Shown here piece by piece: positions 47,967 through 49,431 of a DNA stretch of 49,431 bases (positions are counted from its first letter, which is position 1; the number at the start of each line of letters is the position of its first letter). The DNA comes from Candidatus Berkelbacteria bacterium. GTDB taxonomy: Bacteria > Patescibacteriota > UBA1384 > XYA2-FULL-43-10 > 1-14-0-10-43-13. Location: contig JBAXEI010000001.1 of assembly GCA_037140515.1 (NCBI GenBank), positions 96,267-145,697 of the forward strand, given 5' to 3'. Position numbers and translations under genes: made by a program. A model generated the notes under the pieces. The model had not been told where the DNA came from. It saw only the letters and a program-made list of their open reading frames with translations, and ran no database searches.

Positions 47967-49157
47967 TTATGATAACTTTTTGTGGGCGGCAATTGTCTCT
48001 TTGTACAATTCGCAAATTGCAGCAAATGCTTTGCCCATTGCATGATGTGAGGCAATTTGTTGAGAGCCATGGCTAAGGTCTTCGGCTAGTTTCGGATTTT
48101 GAAGTATTTTAATAATATATTCTGCCATAGCCTTGTCGTCACCAGGTCGGAATAAATATCCGTTAATCCCTGGTCTCACTATCTCTGGTAGTGCGTTGGC
48201 ATCGGCTGCAACGATAGGCGTACCAGCCGACATCGCCTCAAGGGTGACTAAGCTTTGAGTTTCGATCGTTGAGGCAATCGCAAAGACTGAAGCAGATTTA
48301 TAAAGTGCCACGAAATCAGGAGACTCTTTATCAAGTCGACCCAGAAAGGTCACATCTTTTCGAACACCTAGAGACTCAGCTAGGGTTTCCATTTCTTGCA
48401 TTAGGTCGCCAGTGCCAGCTAATACAAAGTGTGCATTTGTCTTCTTAACAACTTCAGGAATTGCTTTCATTACAACGTCAATACTCTTATCCTTGTCGAT
48501 TCGACCAGTGTAGAGAACGATTGGATTTTCAGGCAGGTGGTATTTTTCTTTGAATTTTTCGATATCGGCTTTTGGCACATGCACAGAGAAGTGATCATAA
48601 AAAATTCCGTTAGAAACGGCAACAACAGGTGTCTTCACACCCCAGGCGCGAATCTGCTTTGCAATTGTCTCCGTTGGCGTGACGACGACATCACACTTGT
48701 TATGAAAATGAACAAGATAATTGATTAATATTTTTCGCGAGATCGGGAGTAACGGTTTGAATTTAATATAGGAGAGAGCAAATTCTAGGCTGAAGTGGTT
48801 AGTGATAATGACAGGGATGCCGAGCTCGTTGGCAACATCTCGAAGCATGATGCCAATAGTGGCAACGTCTTGAAGATGAATAAGGTCTGGATTAATCTTC
48901 TTGACCTGTTCGCGGATTTCGTTTTTGGAGGCCGAGGTTATCCGGAACCCTTTGCGGAAAGGATTTACCATCGATTTTAGGCGAAGAACTGGATATTTTG
49001 TAATCGTTTTGTCTTTGTAAGTGTCTCGACCGTCGCCAGGGCAGAAAACGTGGACTTCGTTGCCAGAATTTACGAGATTATTTGCTAGTATTTCTGTCGC
49101 TACCGCAACGCCAGAGATGTTCGGAATGAAAGATTCAGTGCCTAAAATTATTTTCAT
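47967..49157 (-). CDS. Glycosyltransferase family 4 (GT-B, group 1)
   Basis: MKIILGTESFIPNISGVAV... N-terminus and a C-terminal E-x7-E-like region (ETQSLVTLEAMSAGTPIV). The ATG at 49157 is preceded by GGAGGA. The tracked 53-aa N-terminal extension runs into the tRNA gene. Confidence 0.85.
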   Translation of the reverse strand: MKIILGTESFIPNISGVAVATEILANNLVNSGNEVHVFCPGDGRDTYKDKTITKYPVLRLKSMVNPFRKGFRITSASKNEIREQVKKINPDLIHLQDVATIGIMLRDVANELGIPVIITNHFSLEFALSYIKFKPLLPISRKILINYLVHFHNKCDVVVTPTETIAKQIRAWGVKTPVVAVSNGIFYDHFSVHVPKADIEKFKEKYHLPENPIVLYTGRIDKDKSIDVVMKAIPEVVKKTNAHFVLAGTGDLMQEMETLAESLGVRKDVTFLGRLDKESPDFVALYKSASVFAIASTIETQSLVTLEAMSAGTPIVAADANALPEIVRPGINGYLFRPGDDKAMAEYIIKILQNPKLAEDLSHGSQQIASHHAMGKAFAAICELYKETIAAHKKLS

Positions 49158-49258
49158 TATTCCTCCATATAAGTTATTCGAATCAACTTTATTATACCAT
49201 GCATCATCGCCGTTCACAAAACGATGATTATTTAGTAAAGTTAATTTGCAAAATATTT

Positions 49259-49334
49259 CAGGGTGTAGCTTAGCAGGTAAAGCGTCGGGCTGGGGGTCCG
49301 AAGATCGTGGGTTCAAGTCCCACTACCCTGACCA
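49259..49334 (+). tRNA. tRNA-Pro (anticodon GGG), CCA encoded
   Basis: Manual cloverleaf. Acceptor stem cagggtg/taccctg, D stem gctt/aagc, anticodon stem tcggg/tccga, anticodon loop CT-GGG-GG, T arm gtggg-ttcaagt-cccac, discriminator A, then CCA. Confidence 0.85.
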
Positions 49335-49343
49335 TCCTTCGCT

Positions 49344-49431
49344 AAAGCTACGGACGGCAGGCCATCTTGCACGTCGAAAGCTACGGACGGCAGGCCATCT
49401 TGCACGTCGAAAGCTACGGACGGCAGGCCAT
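49344..49431 (+). repeat. Perfect 33-bp tandem repeat (at least 2.7 units), truncated by the window end
   Basis: aaagctacggacggcaggccat + cttgcacgtcg repeats at 49344, 49377 and 49410. It starts 10 nt after the tRNA-Pro 3' end. Confidence 0.9.

Noticed and set aside
49158-49316. N-terminal 53-aa extension of the glycosyltransferase ORF (tracked start 49316)
   Set aside because: It overlaps the tRNA-Pro gene on the opposite strand and lacks an SD. The ATG at 49157 has GGAGGA upstream and gives the typical MKIIL... GT4 N-terminus.
49344-49431. CRISPR array
   Set aside because: The 33-bp period is a perfect tandem repeat with no unique spacers between units. No cas genes or leader are visible.

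Overview
Compact bacterial chromosome segment with fairly low GC by eye and gene gaps or overlaps of only 1-17 nt. The organisation suggests a reduced-genome lineage, possibly CPR/Patescibacteria-like. That taxon call is inference only. From left to right the window holds: (1) a 5'-truncated giant (>2137 aa) modular surface protein with a membrane anchor, containing a perfect 363-nt internal duplication. (2) A signalling block with a membrane protein, two tandem paralogous receiver-only response regulators, a small membrane protein, a DUF218-like protein and a multi-TM histidine kinase. (3) A 23S-5S rRNA pair with no 16S gene upstream. (4) A PadR-like regulator followed by an untracked 19-aa Cys-rich micro-ORF, then mutM, a lone type IV pilin, an untracked 47-aa zinc-ribbon ORF and plsX. 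(5) A promoter, aromatic-rich mini-ORF and terminator leader ahead of a 95-aa unknown, then a GlmU-N-like nucleotidyltransferase, recO, an overlapping small-gene pair and glyQS. (6) A streamlined dcw cluster (Pmra promoter with GTGGG MraZ boxes, mraZ, ftsL-like, ftsI, murF, mraY, murD, ftsW, murG, murC, murB, ftsQ). It lacks rsmH, murE, ddl, ftsA and ftsZ, and a GC-rich structured spacer sits where rsmH is expected. (7) A membrane-fused spermidine-synthase-like protein, recJ, radA, a long class A PBP, tyrS, argS, a protein with a PP2C-like N-terminus, one TM and NHL repeats, a glycosyltransferase, and tRNA-Pro(GGG) followed by a 33-bp tandem repeat cut by the window edge. I found no CRISPR array, transposase, integrase or recognisable defence system. 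The most unusual signals are the micro-ORFs, the leader element, the GC-rich repeat family and the adhesin duplication.
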